Shown here one piece after another: positions 19,082 to 29,213 of a DNA stretch of 64,000 bases. Below the pieces are notes generated by a model. It had not been told where the DNA came from. It did no database searches and was given only the letters and a program-made list of their open reading frames with translations. Made by a program: the position numbers and the translations under genes. This stretch comes from an uncultured Chloroflexia bacterium (GTDB lineage: Bacteria > Chloroflexota > Chloroflexia > QHBQ01 > JADMIH01). Each line of letters begins with the position of its first letter. The first letter of the stretch is position 1. Location: NCBI GenBank assembly GCA_963797095.1, contig CAWCNY010000006.1, forward strand, positions 768,001-832,000. Direction: 5' to 3'.

Positions 19082-19288
19082 CGTCGTTCACCTCCTTCGT
19101 CGAGAAATCACTACACTTGCCTCTGTTTCGGAGGTAGTGCATACACTATAGCGTAAGTAGATTCCACTATAGTGTAGAGAGAGTACATTATAGTGTATTC
19201 TCTGCGCCATATTATACCACATCTTGTCAAATCACCCCACATAGCCTTTTCGACGTATAGACGTATAATAGTATTGGAGGATATAGAA

Positions 19289-19663
19289 ATGGGCAAGCAA
19301 TGGATAGCAGGCGCGGTTCTTCTACTCGTTTGGGTTGGTGCCTCGATGTATTTCATCGTGGCGGGCCTCGACGTAGATCTACCCCCCGAAGTTACCGCTT
19401 ACCTGCCCCACTTCGTGGTGGTGCTCGTGGCGGGCCTCGTCTTTTTCCGCTTCCACCGTACAACCGGCGATCCCGCTCTCGATGCCGCTAATCTATGGGC
19501 CGTTGCCTCCGGCGTCGTCCTGCTGGTCCTCCTCGGTTTCGCACTGGTCACCTGGGGCACCGACCCCAACCTGGGGAAAGATTGGCTGCTCACCGCCATC
19601 GCCTGGTCGCCCATCGCCCTTTTCCTGATTTTTCGCTACCGCAACCAGCTCAGGCCCCGCTGA
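19289..19663 (+). CDS. four-TM membrane protein, unknown function
   Basis: RBS GGAGG, TATAAT at 19265 and four hydrophobic segments. Confidence 0.7.
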   Translation: MGKQWIAGAVLLLVWVGASMYFIVAGLDVDLPPEVTAYLPHFVVVLVAGLVFFRFHRTTGDPALDAANLWAVASGVVLLVLLGFALVTWGTDPNLGKDWLLTAIAWSPIALFLIFRYRNQLRPR

Positions 19664-19670
19664 TTGCATT

Positions 19671-21599
19671 TCATCTGTCCGTGCCGCAACTGGGGAAGAA
19701 GACGCTCGACACGATCTTAGAAGTTTGCCCCCTCGTGACCAGTGCCCCTGGCCTGAAGTATGGCCTGTTGTCCGGTCCCACGCACGGTTCTCCCGGCCCT
19801 CCACAGGGATAGCCGTTGATCGCGCCCAACCCATGTAGCGCCTCTATATACTCGTAGAAGGTGTGCGTTGGAGGCACATCCTCGAAACTCTGCACCGCAA
19901 TCGTATCGCTGCACCCGTACGCCAGGCACACTATCTTCGATAGCTGGCCCCTGGTGGTGTTGCTTCCAGGCCGGAAGTAGGGCTTGTTGTCCGGCCCCAC
20001 GCATGGCTCTCCTGGCCCTCCACAGGGATACCCATTGATAATAGCGCGGCTTGCCAACCTCTCGATGAAGTCGTGGAATGTAGACCCCACAGGCACATCC
20101 TGGAAGGTCTGTTCAGGGTGCGCTTCTGCATAGCCTGCGGCATTAGCCACGATCTTGGCAATCTGACCCCTGGTGACGTCGTTGTTGGGTCTGAAGGTGC
20201 CATCCGAATAACCCGAAACGATGCCATTGCAAGCCAGGCACTCTATATAAGTGTAGAAGGTAGAGCCGGAAGGCACATCGGAGAACTCGATCGCGCAGAT
20301 CGTAGGGCCAGGCGTAGGGGTGGGTGTGGTTGGGCATGGGTTGTAGTGCTCGATTAGCGTAAGAGGAGTAGCTGTATTATCCGCATAGTAACCCGCCGCC
20401 CACACATCCGTTGATGACACCGCGGCCACACCGTACAGGAAGTTATCGCCTGAGCTGATGTCGGGGCTTGACACCGCGCTCCACGCGCTTCCGTTCCAAT
20501 GCAGGATCAGCGCCTGCGGAACGCCCACGTTCTCATAATATCCCACCGCCCACATATCGCTTCCCGAAACCGCCGTTGCACCGTACAGATAGTTATCCTC
20601 CCTCCCCACGTTCGGGCTGGTAACCACGCTCCATGCGCTCCCGTTCCAGTGGAGGGTAAGGGTCTGCTCCACACCTCCCGCACTGTCATTGTAATCTCCT
20701 ACCGCCCACGCATCACTGGACGATATGGCGGTCACTCCGTACAAATAATTCTCGTTAGCTCCCACCCCTGGACTCGACACAACCGTCCAACTGCTACCGT
20801 TCCAATGGAGCGTGAGCGGCTCCCGAACACTCCCTGCCCCGTTGTCATAGTTCCCCACAGCCCACACATCGCTCGCGGATTTAGCGTCAACTCCGTAAAG
20901 GTAGTTCTCACTCGTACCCGCATCGGGACTCGACTGCTGGACCCACGTGAGGCCACTCCAATGGAGAGTAAGTGTGTGCTCATTGGTGCCATCAAAGTAC
21001 TCGCCAACGGCCCACACATCGCTCGCAGAAGTGGCTGTTACTCCATTAAGCTCGCTCTCCAACCCCGGGCTGGGACTTGTCACGGCGGACCATGAGCTCC
21101 CGTTCCAGTGAACAATAAGGGTCTTGAAGCCTGAGCTATCAGATTGATGGCCCACAGCCCACACATCGCTCGCTGAAATGGCCGTTACACCCTGAAGCTC
21201 ATTCGCCACAATGCCCGGGTTAGGGCTTGATACAACGCTCCATGTAGTGCCGTTCCAGTGCTCTATTAGCGTCTGGTGTGCGCCGACGTTGTAGTACCCC
21301 CCTACGGCCCACACATCGTTGGACGATATTGCAGCTATTCCGTTGATGAAGTGCTCTGCTGCACCGGGATTGGGGCTGGGCACCACAACCCAGTCATTAT
21401 CGCAATCAGGTGCGCTTGCGACCTGCGAGACAGCAGGCGTTTCTGCAAAAGTTGGCTGAACGGCTAGGGTCAACGCCCCCCATACAGCAATGGCCCCCAC
21501 GATAAGCGTAAATAACAAAACGATATTGCGAATGAAAGGTCTGGCCGGTTCGATTGAGGCTCGTGCTCTCGCGATAAAAATAGCAATCTTCGTAGACAT
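19671..21599 (-). CDS. cell-surface protein: WAVG/HWNG repeat beta-propeller plus S-layer homology (SLH) domains
   Basis: About eight repeats of DVWAVG...TLxxHWNG, a PT linker, and SLH motifs FSDVP, GYSDGTFRP, TRGQ and GYPCGGPGEPC. Confidence 0.85.
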   Translation of the reverse strand: MSTKIAIFIARARASIEPARPFIRNIVLLFTLIVGAIAVWGALTLAVQPTFAETPAVSQVASAPDCDNDWVVVPSPNPGAAEHFINGIAAISSNDVWAVGGYYNVGAHQTLIEHWNGTTWSVVSSPNPGIVANELQGVTAISASDVWAVGHQSDSSGFKTLIVHWNGSSWSAVTSPSPGLESELNGVTATSASDVWAVGEYFDGTNEHTLTLHWSGLTWVQQSSPDAGTSENYLYGVDAKSASDVWAVGNYDNGAGSVREPLTLHWNGSSWTVVSSPGVGANENYLYGVTAISSSDAWAVGDYNDSAGGVEQTLTLHWNGSAWSVVTSPNVGREDNYLYGATAVSGSDMWAVGYYENVGVPQALILHWNGSAWSAVSSPDISSGDNFLYGVAAVSSTDVWAAGYYADNTATPLTLIEHYNPCPTTPTPTPGPTICAIEFSDVPSGSTFYTYIECLACNGIVSGYSDGTFRPNNDVTRGQIAKIVANAAGYAEAHPEQTFQDVPVGSTFHDFIERLASRAIINGYPCGGPGEPCVGPDNKPYFRPGSNTTRGQLSKIVCLAYGCSDTIAVQSFEDVPPTHTFYEYIEALHGLGAINGYPCGGPGEPCVGPDNRPYFRPGALVTRGQTSKIVSSVFFPSCGTDR

Positions 21600-21928
21600 C
21601 TCTGGCGTACCTCCTTGGCAGAAAGTGACAATCGCGGCACGCCGCAACTCTACCGGGATAACGCCTCAAAGATGCAACCTGGTTAGCAACACGTGCCGCG
21701 CCGACTATTGTGCCGGTCGCGCTCGCACCGCTATTGCCGATCCCTTTCTGAGCAGGTGGGTAAACCCAAATATGGCAAATAAGTATGGTGAGCCGATAAG
21801 TAAGACAGGCCATCTCTTGAGATGGACAAATGAATAAGAAGGACCAGGGGGCGAACGCGCCGGCAACACTACAGTAGGGGGTACTCATTATATCACTAAC
21901 TCCCCAGGAATCAAGGCACCCACCCTCG

Positions 21929-23414
21929 GTAAATGTCCAGATTTGCGGTGGGGCAATTTCCACGATATTGTATGAGGCATGAGCTGGGAAGAAGAAGTAA
22001 TGGCTTTGCGGGCTGAAGTAGTCATCCTCAAAGAGCAGCTTGCCCAAGCATTGGCTGCGAACAGCCAGTTGCAGGCACAACTAGACAAGTACCGAAGCGA
22101 ACCACCCTCTTTCGTCAAGCCCAACACTGCCAAGTCCAAAGACCAGGCTAACTCCGAGAAGAAACCACGCCGCAAACGAGCCAAAGACCAAAATGGTGCC
22201 AGGCGTAGAGAGCAAACACCCACCCAAACGGTGCAGCACCACATAGAGATGTGCCCTGACTGTGGATATGGACTAAGCCAGCCCCAACTGGCCTCCGGCT
22301 CCAGACGCCAGGTGATAGAACTCCCTCCTCCCCTTCCTGTAGAAGTCACCGAGCACCAGTTGTTCAAGAGTTGGTGCGCCCGATGCTCCAAATGGCATTA
22401 TCCTCCACTCGATTTGAGCGCTCAGGGGGAGGTGATTGGACAAAGCAGAATGGGGATACGCATCGCCTCCCTGATAGCTTACTTACGCACCACCCTGAGA
22501 ATGCCGGTGCGTCTGATTAGAGAATACCTGCACATCGTGCACAACTTGCTCATCTCTACAGGTGAGATTGCGGACCTGCTGCATCGAGTGGCCGAGGCAG
22601 AGAAGGTGAGAAAAGCAGCACAAGATATCAAAGAGGGGATAAGACAGAGCAGTGTGGTGCATGGGGACGAGACAGGGTGGCGAGAAGGTGGGCAGAATGG
22701 CTATATCTGGTGCTTCTGCACGCCCCATGGTGAGCGATACTACGAGTATGACCACAGTCGGGGAGGAGCAGTGGCCAGGCGTATCCTCGGCTCACAGTTC
22801 AAGGGTACACTGGTCACCGACTTCTACGCGGCATACAATGAATTCCCAGGAGAACACCAACGATGCTGGGTGCATCTGCTGAGGGACTTACACGAGTTGA
22901 AGGAAGAGCACAAAGGGAATGAAGAAGTGGTGGAGTGGGCCAAAGGGGTGCGCGCTCTGTATGACACAGCCCAAGAGTGCCTGCGAGCTGAACAGTGCGA
23001 ACAGGGTGAACACGGTCCACCTTCTGCGGTAGAGAGAGAAGTGTTGTACATTGAGCTAATGGAGGGTGTGAGAGAGTTGGGAGGTAAGTACGCCTCAGCC
23101 AAGCCTCACAAGGAGCACCCATGTCATGCTCTGTGCAAGAGGCTGCTTCGCCACCAGGACGAGCTATTCCGCTTCGTACTACAAAGTGGCCTCTCGGCGG
23201 ACAACAACCTGGCGGAGAGGAGTGTGCGGGCGGTGGTGGTGATGCGCAAGGTGTCGGGAGGGTCGCAATCAGCAAGGGGGAGTGCCACACGCATGAGGCT
23301 GGCTACATTGTTCGGCACCTGGCGAGCTAAGGGTCTCAACCCCTTCTTTGAGTGTTTCACCCTTCTCTCTCAACCCCAACCCCAGCCCCTCACACCCTAA
23401 TTCTGAACGCTATC
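21929..23414 (+). mobile_element. IS66-family element (single tnpC-type ORF) with 8-bp target duplication CACCCTCG
   Basis: CACCCTCG at 21921-21928 and 23415-23422; imperfect terminal IRs GTAAATGTCCAGATTT and AATTCTGAACGCTATC. Confidence 0.88.
21979..23400 (+). CDS. IS66-family transposase
   Basis: Coiled-coil N-terminus, CxxC zinc motifs, HGDETGW, LVTDFYAAY, QRCWVHLLR and DNNLAERSVR. Confidence 0.93.
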   Translation: MSWEEEVMALRAEVVILKEQLAQALAANSQLQAQLDKYRSEPPSFVKPNTAKSKDQANSEKKPRRKRAKDQNGARRREQTPTQTVQHHIEMCPDCGYGLSQPQLASGSRRQVIELPPPLPVEVTEHQLFKSWCARCSKWHYPPLDLSAQGEVIGQSRMGIRIASLIAYLRTTLRMPVRLIREYLHIVHNLLISTGEIADLLHRVAEAEKVRKAAQDIKEGIRQSSVVHGDETGWREGGQNGYIWCFCTPHGERYYEYDHSRGGAVARRILGSQFKGTLVTDFYAAYNEFPGEHQRCWVHLLRDLHELKEEHKGNEEVVEWAKGVRALYDTAQECLRAEQCEQGEHGPPSAVEREVLYIELMEGVRELGGKYASAKPHKEHPCHALCKRLLRHQDELFRFVLQSGLSADNNLAERSVRAVVVMRKVSGGSQSARGSATRMRLATLFGTWRAKGLNPFFECFTLLSQPQPQPLTP

Positions 23415-23440
23415 CACCCTCGGCGGGTGCGGGCCAGCAT

Positions 23441-24382
<942 letters not shown>

Positions 24383-24440
24383 TATAATGGCCCTGGAAAA
24401 CTGGACCACGAAACGGCGAAAGCTCCTCTGAAAATAAGAG

Positions 24441-25685
24441 TTAGGCCACTTGTTGAACCTGTTGAATAGGCACAAGCTGCACCTGGTATCCAAGGCTCTC
24501 CAAGCGACGGACTGCCCGCTTCTCTACCATCTGCCGTTCTCGCTCATCAAAGTAGTTGCCTCCCAACTCCTGGTATGATACCCGACGCAAAAGCACATGA
24601 TACACAATCACCAAGATAGAATGAGCTACCGCTACCATCGCTCTCTTGCTCCCTCTTCTACGCACCAACCGCCCGTATTGAGCCGCCAGGTATGTGCCTT
24701 TGGTACGCACTGCCCCATGTGCTGCCTCTATCAGCACCGCCTTGAGCCACGGACTTCCCTTGCGCGTCTTCCCACTCAACCGTTTACCCCCGCTCTGGTT
24801 GTTGCCCGGACACATGCCCGCCCAAGAAGCCAGGTGGTGCGCAGACGCAAATCGGGTCATGTCCACTCCTATCTCCGCTACCAGCACTTGAGCCGCTCGC
24901 TCCGAGATGCCCGGCACACTGTCCAACATTTCCAACTGCCCCTCCTCAACGAAAGGGCGCGCGCTCTCCTCAATCTCGGTGCTCACTCTCTCTATGGACG
25001 CATCAAGATAGTCAATGTGTCCAAGGTGCTCGGCTATCATGAAGCGGTGGTATCCGCGCACTCTACCGGAAAGAGCCGCCACCAACGCTTCGTGCTTCTC
25101 CCTCAGCCGTCCCTGGGCGAGATCGGCCAAGATATTGGCATCAGTCTGCCCATCAACCAGCGCACCCAACATGGCTCTGGCCGATACACCCATAATATCG
25201 GTGGCAACTCCTGCCAGCTTGATGTTGGCATCCTCCAGTATCTTCTGCAACCGATTGATGGTATTCGCTTTCTCCCTCACCAGCGTAGTGCGGAAGCGGG
25301 TCAACTCCCGCAGGTCACGTTGTGCGGCATCTGGGATGAAGCTCCCTCGGAGCAACCCGTGCCGAAGCAGATCGGCTATCCACTCCGAGTCCTTGACATC
25401 GGTCTTACGACCAGGCACTGCCTTGATATGCTGGGCGTTGACCACCAACAACTCGAACTGCTCGTAGCCTTCCAACAGGTTGTAGATTGGCTTCCAGTAA
25501 ACGCCGGTGGACTCCATCGCCACATGGGTGCACCCAACTTGCGCCAGCCAATCAGCCATGTGCAATATGTCGGCGGTCATGGTACTGAAGGTACGTACCG
25601 CCTTACCAGAGGGAGTGAGCAAACAAGCCACTATCGTCTTCTTGTGTACATCAAGACCACAGCATCGCTCGTAAATCGCGTTCAT
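24441..25685 (-). CDS. IS110-family DEDD recombinase/transposase
   Basis: GLDVHK, MESTG and KTDVKD (DEDD); NQSGGK serine motif; AAGGAGGT RBS before ATG 25685. Confidence 0.95.
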   Translation of the reverse strand: MNAIYERCCGLDVHKKTIVACLLTPSGKAVRTFSTMTADILHMADWLAQVGCTHVAMESTGVYWKPIYNLLEGYEQFELLVVNAQHIKAVPGRKTDVKDSEWIADLLRHGLLRGSFIPDAAQRDLRELTRFRTTLVREKANTINRLQKILEDANIKLAGVATDIMGVSARAMLGALVDGQTDANILADLAQGRLREKHEALVAALSGRVRGYHRFMIAEHLGHIDYLDASIERVSTEIEESARPFVEEGQLEMLDSVPGISERAAQVLVAEIGVDMTRFASAHHLASWAGMCPGNNQSGGKRLSGKTRKGSPWLKAVLIEAAHGAVRTKGTYLAAQYGRLVRRRGSKRAMVAVAHSILVIVYHVLLRRVSYQELGGNYFDERERQMVEKRAVRRLESLGYQVQLVPIQQVQQVA

Positions 25686-25710
25686 GGACCACCTTACCTC
25701 CTTGCTTGTA

Positions 25711-25750
25711 ATCTGATCCGATCTGATCCGATCTGATCCGATCTGATCCG
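25711..25750. repeat. (ATCTGATCCG)x4 inside the IS110 leader; seven GATC sites
   Basis: Directly visible; also present at 54507-54546. Confidence 0.95.
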
Positions 25751-25757
25751 CGTAACG

Positions 25758-25978
25758 CTTTACAGTCAGTGCGAAGAGGTCAGCCAACAGGGTGCCCACT
25801 ATGCAAAGAATCTCCTCTACGTGCTTCCCAAGAGAGACCCCAGTACAAGGATCCCCAGAATGGGAGCGACAGACAATGGTGCCTGGGGACACCCAGGTCA
25901 TACTTAGGTACAGGCTCGTGGCACCAGACTTCGCCCGACCTTTAGCGTTGGCTGCCTCTCGCAGACTGCAGACTAAAG
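25758..25978 (-). ncRNA. putative bridge/seek guide RNA of IS110 copy 1
   Basis: TATACT -10-like box at 25977-25982 (minus strand). Long-range stem AGAGGCAGCCAAC/GTTGGCTGACCTCT; internal hairpins; internal matches to both junctions at 25809-25818 and 25901-25909. Confidence 0.65.
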
Positions 25979-26044
25979 TATAACCATTTTCATTCGCTAT
26001 GGTGGCCCGTAGGGTCATGATTACTTAGGTGAGATAGAACGGCT

Positions 26045-27304
26045 ATGACGACCATGAAAAAGCTCAACGGATTGCGCAACAACTATTCGCCGGAATACAA
26101 GGCTAACATTGTGCGGGAAATCCTGCGTGAGGAGAAGAGCGTCGCACAAATAGCTGCCGAACACGGCATCCACCCCCATCAGCTCTACCAGTGGCGAGAC
26201 ATCGCTTTGCAGGGATTGCCCACCCTTTTCTCAGGCCAATCAGCCAAAGAGCAGGCAGAGCGGGAAGCTGCCCACGCGCAGAAGGTATATGAATTGTATG
26301 CCCAGATAGGCATGTATGCCCAGATAGGCAAGCTAACCACCCAGTTGGAGTGGCTGGGAAAAAAAGCTGGAAGAATCGATGAATAAAGAGGAGCGTGTGG
26401 CGTTGCTGGAGCGGGAGCCCGTGGTCACCAGTGTGGCGGGGCTGTCCATTCGTGCGCAAACTCAGCTTCTGGGGTTGAACCGCTCCTCCTTGTACTACCG
26501 AAGTGTGCCGCCCTCGCCGTAGGAACTTTGGCTCAAGAGGCGCATAGACGAAATCTACACCGCTCACCCCTTCCCCTTCTATGGCTCCCGGCGTATCGCT
26601 GTCCAGTTGCACAACGAAGGACATTCGGTCAACCGCAAGACGGTGGCCCTCCATATGAGGGAGATGGGTCTGGTGGGGATAGCTCCCGGCCCCTCCACGA
26701 GCATGGGTAGCAAGCGAGCAGCTGATTCGAAATATCCCTATCTGCTGAGAGGAGTGGTTGCCGACTACCCAAATCACGTCTGGGGGGTAGACATCACCTA
26801 CATAAGAATGGTAGGCGGCCCACAGGCTTATCCGGGGTGGCTGTACCTGGTGGCGGTGTTGGACTGGCACTCGTGGACTGGCACTCGCGCTACATAGTCA
26901 GTTGGGAACTGAGCCAGAACATGGGGCAAGGCTTTGTCATGGACGCTGCGCGAGCAGCCCTTGCCAAAGCGACGCCTTTCATCTGGAACTCTGACCAGGG
27001 AAGCCAGTTCACCTCCCCTCAGTACACCGCCCTGCTGGAGGGGGCGGGAGTGCAAATCAGCATGGATGGCAGAGGCCGGTTCGTGGACAACATCTTCACC
27101 GAGCGGCTTTGGCGAACGAATAAATACGAAGAAGTCTACTTGCATGAGTATTGCAGTCCTAAACAGGCCAGGCACAGCCTGAGCGAGTACATCCACTTCT
27201 ACAACAACGAGCGGCCCCACCAGGCCCTGGACTATCAGACGCCGGCGGCAGTGTACCACTTGCACCGGCTAGCTACCCCACAAGAAGGAGGCAATCTCAC
27301 CTAA
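26045..27304 (+). pseudogene. IS3-family OrfA/OrfB transposase, OrfB disrupted
   Basis: OrfA HTH at 26045-26386 and an A7G frameshift motif near 26359-26366. OrfB motifs WGVDITY, NSDQGSQFTS, DNIFTERLW and YNNERPHQAL. In-frame TAG at 26520 and a 14-bp duplication at 26860-26887. Confidence 0.9.
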
Positions 27305-27345
27305 GAAATGGCCTTCCAGTGGTCTTGACAACCTGGGCCACCATA

Positions 27346-27850
27346 TCCATCGCCTGAGACGCTCTATCGAAAGGCATCTGCACTCCCAACAGGCAGACCC
27401 CTTGTTGGACACCCTCCGAGAAGCGCTCCCTTGCCTGTATAGCCAGGGTCTCATCTAGTGGGTAGCGCCCTGTGCCACACCCTTCACAGTACCACACCCT
27501 TCACAGTAGAAGTATCCCCGCTCCAATGTGACCATACCTACCCACGTCTGAAGGGTGCGCTGTTGCCTACCTTTGTACCGAGGTATCTGCCCACACTCGC
27601 AGCGGTTGTTCCCCAGATGCCAGCCTTCTTCTACTTGTTGGACGCTTAGTTGGGCTGCCATTTGCAAGGCTGAGGCAAAACATTGCCTGTTCAGATGGCG
27701 AGCTTGCTCTTCGAGTTGGTAGAGGTCCGCTTGTGGGTTGCGCTTAGCGAAGCACCATAGCTGTTTGACATAGCCCTCAAACTCTTGCACAATACTGTTG
27801 AGCATAGGTGACAGGTCGTAGACGGCCTCAAGCTGATTGTTCGCTTCCAA
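27346..27850 (-). pseudogene. ISKra4 transposase, 5' part (frameshifted)
   Basis: Motifs CECG, RTLQTWVG, YFYCEGCG and YPLDE; a 17-bp duplication at 27475-27508 shifts the frame. Confidence 0.85.
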
Positions 27851-27975
27851 AGATGATACCCTCCAGGATTTCGGCCTCAGCCGGGATGTTTTAGCACCTG
27901 TAGGGTATCATCTTTTCTTCTTGCCTAAAAGCTGGCCCGCACCCCCCTCGGCCAACCACCCCCAAACCATCAATC

Positions 27976-29175
27976 CTATTTGCAAGGGTCCGAATACCGC
28001 AGGATCACAGGCAGGTTGTTCCCCAGTTGATCCGCTATGCTGGCCCCCGCCGCCCACAACTCCCCACCCGACCCAGGCACCGCCACCACCGCCGACAGCA
28101 CATCCGAGTAGTCCCCCAGGCTCGGCGCTTGCACCTGCCGCCATTCATCCCCATCCCACTTTGCCGCCAGCGACCTATCCTTCCCACCCTCGCTGTACGA
28201 CCCCACCGCCCACACCTCGCCCTGCGATACCGCCGCCACCGCGTTCAACCCGTTGTTCCCGCTGCCATCCCCCGGATTGGGCGTCGCCACCCGCTTCCAA
28301 TCCACGCCGTCCCAATGTAGCGATAAAGTCTGCGGCCCGAACGCGCCCACAGCCCATATATCATTCTTAGACAGGGCCGACATCCCCCACACAGCCCCGT
28401 CGCTGTTCGCCTCCACACTGCTCCACTTCACCCCATCCCAGTGTGCCAGCAGCGGCTTCAGCACCGTCCCCGAAGCATCCGAATACGACCCCCCCACCCA
28501 CACATCATCAGGCGCGATAGCCGCCACCACGCTAAGGGTAGCGTTCTGCTCTACGATCCCCGTTTCCACCGTCCTCCACACCGTCCCATCCCAGTGCATC
28601 ACCAATGCCTGCGTGCCCGTCGTGCGGTTCCCCGCCAACTCCTCCCCCACAGCCCACACATCGTCGGCACCCAGCGCCCCCACCGCGTTCAAACTGCTGA
28701 TCTTGAGCCTGCTCGGTGTCGGCACAATCGTCCACACCGTCCCATCCCAATGCAGCGCCAACGTGCGCCACAGGTCGGTGCCCTGGTGACTTGCCCCCAC
28801 GATCCAAATATCGTCGGGCGTGATCGCCGCCATCCCGTAGAGGTGGTTGCTAAAATCGGCTACGCTAGGGCTTGGGCTCTCGGTCCACTCCGTTCCATCC
28901 CAGTGCTCCACCAGGGTGAGTGCATATTCCTCTCCTCCATATATCCCCGCCGCCCACACATCGTCAGCCGAGAGCGCGGCCAGCGCGTGCAACTCGTTAT
29001 AGGTCCTGCTGGCCGAAGCCGCTGCCACGGGCCTCCACGCAGGCCCGCACTCCGGGATCCCCCCTCTCCCAAACAACCCCGCCAGTGGCCCGAGCTTCGC
29101 AAACGCAGAAATGCTTGCCAGCCCTACGACCAGCAAGCACCCCACAAGAACAATCCAAAAATATCGTCGTTGCAC
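27976..29175 (-). CDS. secreted WAVG/HWDG repeat beta-propeller protein (paralogous to 19671..21599, no SLH)
   Basis: Signal/TM segment and about seven DDVWAVG...HWDG repeats. Confidence 0.8.
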   Translation of the reverse strand: MQRRYFWIVLVGCLLVVGLASISAFAKLGPLAGLFGRGGIPECGPAWRPVAAASASRTYNELHALAALSADDVWAAGIYGGEEYALTLVEHWDGTEWTESPSPSVADFSNHLYGMAAITPDDIWIVGASHQGTDLWRTLALHWDGTVWTIVPTPSRLKISSLNAVGALGADDVWAVGEELAGNRTTGTQALVMHWDGTVWRTVETGIVEQNATLSVVAAIAPDDVWVGGSYSDASGTVLKPLLAHWDGVKWSSVEANSDGAVWGMSALSKNDIWAVGAFGPQTLSLHWDGVDWKRVATPNPGDGSGNNGLNAVAAVSQGEVWAVGSYSEGGKDRSLAAKWDGDEWRQVQAPSLGDYSDVLSAVVAVPGSGGELWAAGASIADQLGNNLPVILRYSDPCK

Positions 29176-29213
29176 GGCACTATTGTAAATGATCGCCCTG
29201 CCAACGACCCACG

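Larger units (their letters stand above)
24423..26025 (-). mobile_element. IS110-family element, copy 1 (CT/AG core at both ends, no TSD)
   Basis: Matches 53219-54821 at a constant offset of 28796; ~340-bp non-coding end upstream of the recombinase. Confidence 0.93.
24383..27345 (+). mobile_element. IS3-family element with 3-bp target duplication TCC, itself interrupted by IS110
   Basis: Imperfect IRs TATAATGGCCC...GACCAC and GTGGTC...GGGCCACCATA; TCC at 24380-24382 and 27346-27348. Removing it restores the ISKra4 reading ...SQAMEVLSG... Confidence 0.88.

Noticed and set aside
25863-25867. GCUCC as the antisense right-target guide of the IS110 RNA
   Set aside because: Only 5 nt long, it fits one site under the less favoured core choice and lies outside the hairpin holding the left guide; it could easily be chance.
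25686-26018. 111-aa N-terminal extension of the IS110 ORF in the ORF track (525 aa)
   Set aside because: The family N-terminus (CGLDVHK) and a strong RBS place the start at 25685/54481; the upstream region is the structured non-coding end.
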